From the IMG/VR virus record IMGVR_UViG_3300044980_000048, positions 2,709 to 66,708 of that record: DNA of 64,000 nucleotides. The stretch is one strand, 5' to 3'. The position numbers and the translations under genes were made by a program. Positions 48,365 through 56,752 of the stretch are shown piece after piece. The first letter of the stretch is position 1, and every line of letters begins with the position of its first letter. Source of the stretch: a virus. Under the pieces are notes generated by a model. It saw only the letters and a program-made list of their open reading frames with translations, had not been told where the DNA came from and ran no database searches.

Positions 48365-49182
48365 CCTATTTCCTTTGCTGCATCCTGAAAATAACCGGGA
48401 AAGAATTTCTTTGGGTCAATGCGCTCTGTGACGGTGCCGCGATTAAATAGATCAGCGCCGGTCTTCAGGCATTCAGCGATGTGATCGGGAGATTTGAATT
48501 CATCGCTGTTTAACTCCTGATGCGAAAAATTCTCCACCTTGTTCCTGATTGCCTTCTCGCCGCCCATATAACTAAGATGCCAGCCGCCATCCGGCACAAA
48601 ACCGCACATATTACGCCTATTACGCATCTCCTGCGCCCCTGTCAGCAAGGCCATCCGCACGGTAGTCAGTATCGTTCCGTGCCAATGCTCATGCCGCAGG
48701 TTCGTCAAGTCGTAATAGAAAAACGCCTGCCTGCATGCCACGATAGCATCCGCCGTAATCCATTCCGTTGCCCACTCTATCGCCTTGCGCGAAGGGAATT
48801 CGTCCACATCCCCCATCATGAACGTATCTTCCTGCTTGATGCCAAGTTCCAATATATCCTTGCGCGGTGCAGTCAGAATATCGGTAAGGGAATTGCGTTG
48901 AGTCTTCTCCACGTGCCACCAGACGGAATTAGGATCAAACTGCTTGGGCTTCTCGGAAAAGTCCAGATGCGATACATCTATCCGGACTGGATGATGGATA
49001 ATCTTATGCTTCCACGGCGCAAAGCGTTCGCGGTTGTCCCAATAATGAAACGGCTTATCCTTGCCGCTAAAAGTCTTATCAGCTTCGCAAATGATAAACT
49101 TATCGACATAGGGGGAAAGAAGACGAAGACGAAACTCTAGTATGTCCAATTCCGAGTCAAACAACACCGCATCCAAAAGCAT
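48355..49182 (-). CDS. GT17-like glycosyltransferase
   Basis: ELDILEFRL, EADKTFSG, QRN, GDVDEFP, GGWHLSY, NFSHQE. Confidence 0.8.
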   Translation of the reverse strand: MLLDAVLFDSELDILEFRLRLLSPYVDKFIICEADKTFSGKDKPFHYWDNRERFAPWKHKIIHHPVRIDVSHLDFSEKPKQFDPNSVWWHVEKTQRNSLTDILTAPRKDILELGIKQEDTFMMGDVDEFPSRKAIEWATEWITADAIVACRQAFFYYDLTNLRHEHWHGTILTTVRMALLTGAQEMRNRRNMCGFVPDGGWHLSYMGGEKAIRNKVENFSHQELNSDEFKSPDHIAECLKTGADLFNRGTVTERIDPKKFFPGYFQDAAKEIGWL

Positions 49183-49427
49183 TACAACGTCCTTACGATA
49201 AGATAGTTTTGATAACTAAGAGGCCAGACACGATATTGGCTATCCACCATCGTCGGGACTCCATGGCAATTCTTCAACAAATCATCCGCCAGCAGCTTAT
49301 CAATTATAAAATCATCAACATGCGTCAGCGGATGCGCGGTGCAATTCGGGCCAATTGCATATACTCGCGGAAATAAAAACGCGGGGGAAAAATCTTTTAC
49401 TTTAGGGGGATTTTCTTCTGAAGACAT
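49182..49427 (-). CDS. Hypothetical protein
   Basis: 81 aa; start codon lies inside a GCGCU hairpin. Confidence 0.45.
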   Translation of the reverse strand: MSSEENPPKVKDFSPAFLFPRVYAIGPNCTAHPLTHVDDFIIDKLLADDLLKNCHGVPTMVDSQYRVWPLSYQNYLIVRTL

Positions 49428-49444
49428 CGGAGCGCCCGGTGTTT
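49422..49444 (-). promoter_or_regulatory. GCGCU-pentaloop hairpin overlapping a start codon
   Basis: ACA-C-CGG[GCGCT]CCG-A-TGT on the - strand. Confidence 0.55.
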
Positions 49445-49462
49445 GAGTTGCAGTATATTAAT

Positions 49463-50674
49463 CTAAGTCGTCTGAAATTTCAACATGAATTCATCAAAGC
49501 AGTCTCCGACATACTCACAATCATCGCGCGACACGCCCTGATGACAGCCTATGGCAAAGCCTCTGTCCATGATCGTGTTGCTGTTTTCGAGGCTGCCTGA
49601 AACGCGATGCTCATACATTTTCATGGCCGGTTGCCGCGCCATATTACCCGCGATGATAGGCCGCGTCTCTATGCCTTTCGCGTTCAGGAACCTTACAATC
49701 TCTGCCCGCGTGAACGGCGTATCCTTAAGTATGATCCCGAATCCAAACCAACTGCTTAATCCAAAGATTTGCTGTTGCTGCAATATAAAATAATCCGAAT
49801 ACCTCTCAAGGCGGTTTCTATAGGCATGCGTCACATTACATCTATCCTGTACAAAGCCATACAGCTTCGGTAACTGTACCATGCCCATTGCGGCCTGTAT
49901 CTCGGTTGGCCGCAGGTTATAGCCGATATTCACAAACAGGAAGCGCGGATCGATGTTCGGATACAAGTCTGCATATTTCTGGCTATTATCCGCCTCGCGT
50001 GACCAGCCGTGCGCCCTGAGTATCCGCATCAAATCGGCAAACTCTGCGTTATCCGTCAGGCACAGACCCCCTTCAAACGTGGTAATGTGATGCGAGTAGT
50101 ACAGGCTCATGGTGCCGACAATACCAAAACTGCCGGTATATTTATTATCTATGCCCGCACCCATAGACTCGCAGGAATCCTCAATAACATATAAGCCATG
50201 CTTCCCGGCCACCTGCATTATACCGTCATGGAAACTACCATTCATGTGGCACGGATTGCCGTACACATGCACCAGCATGATAGCCTTGGTTTTATCGGTG
50301 ATCGCCGCTTCAATCGCCTGCGGCGTGACGTTGAATGTGTTTATATCGCAGTCCACAAACACCGGCACAAGGCCGTGCTGTATCAGCGGCCATACGCTCG
50401 TTGCCCATGACAGCGCGGGCACAATCACTTCATCTCCGGGTTTCAGCCTGTCATTCCACGCGGGATTACTGAGCGCGGCAACCGCAAGCAGGTTAGCCGA
50501 CGATCCGGAGTTACACATCACGCAATGCCTGACGCCGAAATACTCTGCGCACATTTGCTCGAACCTGCGCACCTGCCTGCCCATGGTGACATCGCCGGTA
50601 CGCATCTGCGCTACCATGGCGGAGATTTCCTCTTCGCCAAAGGTGGGAGCGTGAAGTTTTACACTGCGTTCCAT
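49463..50674 (-). CDS. PLP-dependent NDP-4-keto-6-deoxysugar 3-dehydratase (ColD-like)
   Basis: DegT fold; SLYYSHHITTFEGG has His where aminotransferases have the Schiff-base Lys. Confidence 0.85.
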   Translation of the reverse strand: MERSVKLHAPTFGEEEISAMVAQMRTGDVTMGRQVRRFEQMCAEYFGVRHCVMCNSGSSANLLAVAALSNPAWNDRLKPGDEVIVPALSWATSVWPLIQHGLVPVFVDCDINTFNVTPQAIEAAITDKTKAIMLVHVYGNPCHMNGSFHDGIMQVAGKHGLYVIEDSCESMGAGIDNKYTGSFGIVGTMSLYYSHHITTFEGGLCLTDNAEFADLMRILRAHGWSREADNSQKYADLYPNIDPRFLFVNIGYNLRPTEIQAAMGMVQLPKLYGFVQDRCNVTHAYRNRLERYSDYFILQQQQIFGLSSWFGFGIILKDTPFTRAEIVRFLNAKGIETRPIIAGNMARQPAMKMYEHRVSGSLENSNTIMDRGFAIGCHQGVSRDDCEYVGDCFDEFMLKFQTT

Positions 50675-50835
50675 TGTCTCTCCAATTGTTCCAATCGTCT
50701 CTGCATCGGCGCTATCCCCAGAATCTCCCGCGCCTGAATATCGCTGCAAGGCGCATATCCTTCTATCTTCACGATGCCCGGATGAACGCGGGTTACGATA
50801 TATCCGTTCACGGTATGTTTTACCTCGTCAGGCAT
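50659..50835 (-). CDS. 58-aa hypothetical protein (below track cutoff)
   Basis: MPDEVKHTVNGY...; bridges the gmd-like and colD-like genes. Confidence 0.4.
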   Translation of the reverse strand: MPDEVKHTVNGYIVTRVHPGIVKIEGYAPCSDIQAREILGIAPMQRRLEQLERQWNAV

Positions 50836-51863
50836 GGCGTCCTCTTCACCTTATCGCGCCAGTATTGTAATAAATCCTGCATGGTAGTCTCAAAGGGTAT
50901 CTCTGGTTTCCAGCCGCTATGATTACGAAACTTACTGGTATCGAATTTTTGCAAGTCCGCATCAATAGGCCGCAAGCGTTCCGGGTCTATCTCAACATAT
51001 ATCTCGCTACCATCTCCGGGCCCCTGAAATTTATTGCGGGTTTTGCGCTCTGAAAGCGACAATAAATAACCAAGCATATGCCCGACGCTGCGATATTCAT
51101 CGCCTGCAATATTGTAATATTCCCCGGCAACAGGATTGATTGTTACCAGCATATGATATGCCCGTACCGCATCCCGTACATCGGCATAGGTGCGCAGAGA
51201 ATCTACATTACCAACTTTCACCACTGAAGGTATCTGACCCGCTTCAATCATCGCTATCTGCTTGGCAAACGATGACTCCGCGAATACATCGCCGCGCCTT
51301 GGGCCGGTATGAGTTCCCATCCGCGTCACCATCACGCACATGCTGTAAGCTTCCGCGTAGTGCCGCGCAATCAATTCCGTTCCCACCTTTGAAATCGCAT
51401 ACGGGCTGGATGGGTGAAAACTACACTCTTCGTCAATCGGCAGCTTCTCTTCAGGCACTCGGCCAAACACTTCCGACGACCCGCATACATGAATCACGGC
51501 GCTACATGCATCCGCCTTGCACGCCTCAAGCACCCTGTGCGTGCCTTGTACGTTCGTCTCGTAGGTATCAAGCGCCGCCGTGAACGATGTTTTCGGATAC
51601 GACTGCGCCGCCAGATGAAACACGTAATCGGGAGCCGCTTCACGCACTGCCGCGTTTATCGAATCGGAATCCCGCAAGTCGCCGTACAGCAGCTTCACCC
51701 TCCCGCCTTTATTTACTTCCGGCAGAAGATGTGCTATGTTATCCAGAGGCGAACGCCATCTGATTAATCCGTAAATATCCCAATCGGTGTGCCCAAGCAG
51801 GTAATCCGCAAGATGCGACCCCACCATTCCCGATATGCCCGTAATGAAGCAGCGCGCTTTCAT
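50820..51863 (-). CDS. gmd: GDP-mannose/GDP-manno-heptose 4,6-dehydratase
   Basis: GISGMVG, HLAAQS, SSEVFG, PYAISK, KQIAMIEAG. Confidence 0.88.
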   Translation of the reverse strand: MKARCFITGISGMVGSHLADYLLGHTDWDIYGLIRWRSPLDNIAHLLPEVNKGGRVKLLYGDLRDSDSINAAVREAAPDYVFHLAAQSYPKTSFTAALDTYETNVQGTHRVLEACKADACSAVIHVCGSSEVFGRVPEEKLPIDEECSFHPSSPYAISKVGTELIARHYAEAYSMCVMVTRMGTHTGPRRGDVFAESSFAKQIAMIEAGQIPSVVKVGNVDSLRTYADVRDAVRAYHMLVTINPVAGEYYNIAGDEYRSVGHMLGYLLSLSERKTRNKFQGPGDGSEIYVEIDPERLRPIDADLQKFDTSKFRNHSGWKPEIPFETTMQDLLQYWRDKVKRTPCLTR

Positions 51864-51865
51864 TC

Positions 51866-51875
51866 TCAACTAATA
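51866..51875 (+). repeat. Left 10-bp inverted repeat TCAACTAATA
   Basis: Exact reverse complement of 54374..54383. Confidence 0.7.
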
Positions 51876-51877
51876 AC

Positions 51878-52852
51878 ATGATACTCTCCAAGACGCCATA
51901 CCGTATTTCCTTCTTCGGCGGCGGCTCGGACTTCCGCGAGTTCTATGAACAACACGGCGGCAAGGTGCTATCGGCCACGATCAACCACTACTGCCGCATC
52001 ATGGTGCGCAGGCTACCCCCGTTCTTTACCGAGAAGTCCCGCGTCATCTGGTCGCAGATAGAAAACGTATCCGACATCTGCTACATCACCCACCCTGCGG
52101 CACGGGCCATCCTTTATCACATGGCCGAAGACCGTATCGAAATCATCCACTCAGGCGACCTGCCAGCCCGTTCAGGACTAGGCTCAAGCTCGGCCTTCAC
52201 GGTGGGGCTACTCAATGCCATGCATGCACTCAGGATGCCCCACTATGCCTTGCCCGACCTTAACGGACTGTCACTTGCTCCCAAGCATCTCGCCACCGAA
52301 GCAATCTGCATCGAACGCGACATCCTGCGCGAAAACGTAGGCATCCAAGACCAGATTGCCTGCACATACGGGGGCTTCAACAAGACCACCATCCATACGG
52401 ACGGGGCATTTACGCTTGACCCCCTGAAGCCCGACAAGGCGCTGCAAGACCACCTGCTGCTGTTCTTCACCGGCATCACGCGCAACTCTTCCGATATTGC
52501 CGCCCAGCAGATAAAGGAAATCCACACCAAGACCGCCGACCTGAAGCATCTCATGTCGCTTGTCGATACCGCACTCGCCTCTCCCCTTGAAGACTTCGGC
52601 AGACTCCTGCATGAAAGCTGGCTCATCAAGCGCAAACTGTCGCCGTCAATCACTACGGATTTTATCGACGGCATATACACGAAGGCTCTCAATGCCGGTG
52701 CAGAGGGAGGTAAGCTGCTCGGTGCCGGTGGGGGTGGGTTCATGCTGTTCTTCGCCAAGCCTGAGTATCATAAACATATCATAAAATCGTTAGGACTGCT
52801 GCACGTCCCGTTTCAATTCGAGAGCAAGGGTTCACACATATGTCACGCATAG
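51878..52852 (+). CDS. hddA: GHMP sugar kinase, D-glycero-D-manno-heptose-7-phosphate kinase-like
   Basis: TPYRISFFGGGSD, DLPARSGLGSSS, GIQDQ, GKLLGAGGGG. Confidence 0.85.
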   Translation: MILSKTPYRISFFGGGSDFREFYEQHGGKVLSATINHYCRIMVRRLPPFFTEKSRVIWSQIENVSDICYITHPAARAILYHMAEDRIEIIHSGDLPARSGLGSSSAFTVGLLNAMHALRMPHYALPDLNGLSLAPKHLATEAICIERDILRENVGIQDQIACTYGGFNKTTIHTDGAFTLDPLKPDKALQDHLLLFFTGITRNSSDIAAQQIKEIHTKTADLKHLMSLVDTALASPLEDFGRLLHESWLIKRKLSPSITTDFIDGIYTKALNAGAEGGKLLGAGGGGFMLFFAKPEYHKHIIKSLGLLHVPFQFESKGSHICHA

Positions 52853-53256
52853 TATGCTGTAGCGGTGGGTTCGATCCGCTCACTTCAGGCCACATAGACT
52901 ACATCGAAGACGCCGCCAACTACGGCAGGGTTATCGTCATTCTTAATTCAGATGAGTGGCTCATACGAAAGAAGGGCTACCTGTTCATGCCTTGGCCGCA
53001 GCGGGCAAAGATACTATGCGCCCTTCGCGCAGTATATGGGGTAATCTCGGTAGATGACTCAGACGGCTCTGTATCTTCCGCGCTACGCCACAGCGGCGCG
53101 TCATACTTCGCCAACGGCGGCGACCGCACGGCAGATAATACGTTAGAGTTAGACGTATGCCGCGAACTTGGCATTACACCGTTGTTTAACATCGGCGGGG
53201 GAAAAACGGCCTCAAGCAGCGAACTGGTGAGGGCGGCATGCAGGCAGATGAACTGA
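52840..53256 (+). CDS. Cytidylyltransferase-like nucleotidyltransferase
   Basis: SGGFDPLTSGH, LNSD, FANGGDR, KTASSS. Confidence 0.85.
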   Translation: MSRIVCCSGGFDPLTSGHIDYIEDAANYGRVIVILNSDEWLIRKKGYLFMPWPQRAKILCALRAVYGVISVDDSDGSVSSALRHSGASYFANGGDRTADNTLELDVCRELGITPLFNIGGGKTASSSELVRAACRQMN

Positions 53257-53831
53257 TAGCTTTCGAGCGTGACATAGCCAGCCTGTACAACGCGGGTGCC
53301 ATACGCGCCCCCATCCACCTGTCGTCCGGTAATGAGCAGCAGTTGATTGAAGCGTTCAAAGGCTTCAAACAAAACGACTGGTGCTACTGTACATGGCGTT
53401 CCCATCTGCATGCCCTGCTGGCCGGTGTACCCGCAGCCAAGGTCAAGGCCGCTATCATGGCAGGCAGGTCTATGACGCTCTGCTTTCCGGAGCATCGGTT
53501 CTTTTCATCAGCCATCGTCGCCGGGTGTTGCCCTATCGCGGTGGGTACGGCATGGCAGATCAGGCAGCGGGGCGGGAAAGAGCGCGTGTTTTGCTTCCTT
53601 GGCGACATGGCTGCATTGACAGGACTTGCCTTTGAATGCGGCAACTATGCCAAGTGGCATGACCTGCCGATAACATGGGTAGTGGAAGACAACGGCATGA
53701 GTGTATGTACCGATACGCTTGACGCATGGGGCTGCAAAGAACCACGGCAACAGACGCAGGCCATCGCTACAGGATACAACTACGTTTTGGGCTATCCTCA
53801 CTCAGGCGCGGGCAGGCGCGTGAATTTTTGA
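53238..53831 (+). CDS. TPP-dependent enzyme, E1 alpha-like (minimal)
   Basis: PIHLSSG, TWRSH, SAIVAG, LGDM...EDNG TPP motif. Confidence 0.85.
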   Translation: MQADELIAFERDIASLYNAGAIRAPIHLSSGNEQQLIEAFKGFKQNDWCYCTWRSHLHALLAGVPAAKVKAAIMAGRSMTLCFPEHRFFSSAIVAGCCPIAVGTAWQIRQRGGKERVFCFLGDMAALTGLAFECGNYAKWHDLPITWVVEDNGMSVCTDTLDAWGCKEPRQQTQAIATGYNYVLGYPHSGAGRRVNF

Positions 53832-54355
53832 CAGGAAACTCCGCATATTCTGACAACCTCTGCAAGGCTATGGCTTTATTCGCCTCACAGCCTAACGCCG
53901 TAGTGGTGGGGCAGGCCGTGGCATGTCCGGGTACTGCTATGTTCAACACGCTCCGTGACGTTCCCATGTCGCAGCGCCTTGAGTTTCCGGTCGCGGAAAT
54001 CTTCCAGCTTGGCTTCTGCACCGGCATCGCATTGTCTGGTGGACTGCCGTTGTGCATCTTCCCCCGTATCAACTTCATGCTTGAGGCCATCAGCCAGCTT
54101 GTGCAGCATCTGGACAAGATACCGCTATTCAGCGACTACCGGCCTAAAGTGCTGATTCGCACCGCCATCGCAACCCCGATACCGCTAGACGCAGGCCCGC
54201 AGCATCTTGGCGATTACACGGATGCGGTGAAGGCGATGCTGTCAACAGTGCGGGTTGTGAGACTAACAACAGCGGAAAGCGTGCTTCCGGCCTATCAGGA
54301 AGCCATAAACTGTGCTGATTCTGTGATTCTGGTTGAGGACATGGGTTTATATTGA
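53828..54355 (+). CDS. TPP-dependent enzyme, E1 beta-like (pyrimidine-binding domain only)
   Basis: VGQAV, EFPVAE..QLG...GIAL, GPQH; probable TTG start overlapping the alpha stop. Confidence 0.8.
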   Translation: MTGNSAYSDNLCKAMALFASQPNAVVVGQAVACPGTAMFNTLRDVPMSQRLEFPVAEIFQLGFCTGIALSGGLPLCIFPRINFMLEAISQLVQHLDKIPLFSDYRPKVLIRTAIATPIPLDAGPQHLGDYTDAVKAMLSTVRVVRLTTAESVLPAYQEAINCADSVILVEDMGLY

Positions 54356-54373
54356 ACGTGCATTCAGTTTATC

Positions 54374-54383
54374 TATTAGTTGA
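54374..54383 (-). repeat. Right 10-bp inverted repeat
   Basis: TATTAGTTGA on the + strand, 18 nt after the E1 beta stop. Confidence 0.7.
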
Positions 54384-54431
54384 TTTATCATGTGCATGAG
54401 AAATAAATACCAATATATTACAAACACTTAA

Positions 54432-54459
54432 ATATCGTGTAATATTTATTATGTAATAG
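54432..54459. other. dif-like XerCD site candidate
   Basis: ATATCGTGTAA-TATTTA-TTATGTAATAG, 11-6-11 layout. Confidence 0.4.
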
Positions 54460-54554
54460 GATACTTTATATACTATGTATAAAAAACATTTGTTTCCTAT
54501 TTCCAATATAAATCATTTTCTAGCTATGGTTTGAGATTTCCGCTACCACCCTAC

Positions 54555-55013
54555 CTAACCACCGCTCTCAACAAACCCTATAAGAGCCTCTAGCTCCCTG
54601 CTGCCCATTTTCTCAATCCCCTTTTGCAGCATTGAGCGCTTATCGTTTATCTCGGCCATTATCGCCTGACGCTGAATGCTCTTCCCCTGCTTTCTATCCA
54701 ACCACTCCCGTATGGCGTTTAAAACGGCCTTATCGTCATCGCTGGTAAGCGCCATGATAGCCAGAGCGTCTAGCATAGCCTGAGCCTGTTCTTCCTCGCT
54801 CATGGCAAGCACACGCAGTTTATCCGGGTTTATGCGCTCAAGTAACGTTCTGAGTTCTGCACGTGGCATTTCTTCGAGGCGAGATAGAAGGGAAGCGTCG
54901 ATGGACGCGGGGTTGGTTGCGCTTTGTGCCGTAGCTTGGCTATTAGAGCCAGTTTCACGCTTGTTTGTCTTAGGCAGCGGATCGCCGGTCAATGGGTCAA
55001 ATTCATCGCTCAT
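54555..55013 (-). CDS. Terminase small subunit-like protein
   Basis: Helical; AIREWLDRKQGKSIQ; first gene of the late unit. Confidence 0.6.
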   Translation of the reverse strand: MSDEFDPLTGDPLPKTNKRETGSNSQATAQSATNPASIDASLLSRLEEMPRAELRTLLERINPDKLRVLAMSEEEQAQAMLDALAIMALTSDDDKAVLNAIREWLDRKQGKSIQRQAIMAEINDKRSMLQKGIEKMGSRELEALIGFVESGG

Positions 55014-55050
55014 AAGCGGGATTATAGCATAATAATGCCATTTATCAATG

Positions 55051-55319
55051 AGGTAACGGAAATATGGCGTTGTTACCTCTTTGTTACCTATTTGTTACCT
55101 AACTATATATATATATTACAATAACATATTAATAATAATCATAAAGGTAACATAGGTAACAATTATCATATACACACGCGCACACGCGCACACGTATACC
55201 TTTTGGGATTTCTGTTACCTCTTAAACACTAGGCTCACAGCCACTTCCAAGGTAACAATGGCTCAAAACCTCACTTTTGTCATAATCATCATTGATATGT
55301 AATGATAAAATAGGTAACA
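55051..55319. repeat. Iteron-like array (TGTTACCT/AGGTAACA x9), putative replication origin
   Basis: Forward copies at 55071, 55082, 55093, 55213; reverse copies at 55051 (7/8), 55145, 55154, 55250, 55312; AT-rich core. Confidence 0.7.
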
Positions 55320-55428
55320 GGTTTTATTTTCACGTACCATGTACGATTTATCTTGTGTTATTCCTATATCCGTATATTGTACGTCACATAAGCAATTAAG
55401 CTTATGAATAACAACTAGGAGAGTTTTT

Positions 55429-56673
55429 ATGTCAGTCGTTTCCAATTTAATCACCGATGCTTCTTTCACCGTCATCAATGGCGCTGCCGATGCGCTGCCG
55501 GTAATCGGTGCAACGTATCGCACTGCCGCAACATCCAAGGGCCAGATGGACGGACGTTTATCGCGCCAGTGGTCATCGCGCCCGGACGATCAGCGCTTCA
55601 CGTCTTTGCAGGACTTGCGCGATTTTGTCGCCCATCGTACTGAATTATCGCGTGCGAGCGTGATTGATACAGCAGGTATCCGCGTGCTGCCGGATGCTGA
55701 GACGAACAACATCACGCTTGACCTTGGCAACGGCGAGCGGCCCATGGAAATGTCGCACTGGTCTTTCGGGCAGATTTGCCAGTTGACGGGCATTCCTGCA
55801 GAGTATCTTCGGAAACTGCCTGCCAAGCTTGCTGCGATTAATCTTCAGCATGGCACTATGGCTTATGCGGGCAATCAGTTGCAGGCTTACACCTACCACA
55901 ACGGCTCTGATACGGTTCGTTCGTTCAACGGTGCTGGTTATGGCCGTCTGTTTGACCTGCAATTCATTGACCAGTTGCTTGTACTCTCGCAGCAGTATGG
56001 CCTTAAGACTCCGGGGCAACTTGATTGGGCTTCACAGTCAGGCGGGACTGTTGCCTATAACCCCTACGTCGATACCACGAAAGACAATACCACGCTGTTT
56101 GCTTCCGACAGGGATTTCTTTGTTTTCCTTTGCGACGATACTCGCCCGATTGAGATTGGCAAGCTGGCGGACGGTTCTCCTGATCTGGTGTTCAAGGGCA
56201 TCATGGCGTGGAATTCCGAAGTAGGTGCGGCAACGGGCGGTTACGATACCTTCCTGCTGCGCGGTGTGTGCTGCAATCGCAATCTCTGGGGTTGCGAGCA
56301 GTTGACCAAGTTCAAGCTTCGCCATACCAAGAATGCGCCCGTGCGTTTCGATCAGGAAGCCCAGCCGATGCTCAATCAGTTCGTCAACGGCTCTTCGCTG
56401 GGGATTATCTCCAAGGTGCGTGTTGCCAAGGAAACGATTGTGGCCAGCAATGACGACGAACGGAAGGATTTCCTGCGTGATAAGGCGAACGTCACGGCGA
56501 GCATAGCGGATCGTGCCTTGAAGGCTGTATTGCAGGAGGAAGGGCACCCGGCAGCATCCGTATGGGATATGGTGCAAGGCTTGACCGCAACGGCGCGTAA
56601 AATGCAGCATCAGGATGCGAGGGTTGACCTTGAAGAGAAGGCAGGCAAGCTCATGAGCAAGCTTTCCGCTTAG
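55429..56673 (+). CDS. DUF932-family protein
   Basis: QWSSRPDDQRFTSL, HWSFGQ, TTLFASDRD, WNSEVG, VCCNRNLWG; GGAG RBS. Confidence 0.8.
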   Translation: MSVVSNLITDASFTVINGAADALPVIGATYRTAATSKGQMDGRLSRQWSSRPDDQRFTSLQDLRDFVAHRTELSRASVIDTAGIRVLPDAETNNITLDLGNGERPMEMSHWSFGQICQLTGIPAEYLRKLPAKLAAINLQHGTMAYAGNQLQAYTYHNGSDTVRSFNGAGYGRLFDLQFIDQLLVLSQQYGLKTPGQLDWASQSGGTVAYNPYVDTTKDNTTLFASDRDFFVFLCDDTRPIEIGKLADGSPDLVFKGIMAWNSEVGAATGGYDTFLLRGVCCNRNLWGCEQLTKFKLRHTKNAPVRFDQEAQPMLNQFVNGSSLGIISKVRVAKETIVASNDDERKDFLRDKANVTASIADRALKAVLQEEGHPAASVWDMVQGLTATARKMQHQDARVDLEEKAGKLMSKLSA

Positions 56674-56684
56674 TTACCAGCACA

Positions 56685-56712
56685 GAGGGGCAAGGCTTAG
56701 GCTTTGCCCCTC
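56685..56712 (+). terminator. Stem-loop after the DUF932 gene
   Basis: GAGGGGCAAGGC/GCTTTGCCCCTC; no clear U-tract. Confidence 0.45.
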
Positions 56713-56752
56713 GATGCTGGCAATCAAGCACAGCGATTTTACAGGGGTTTTT

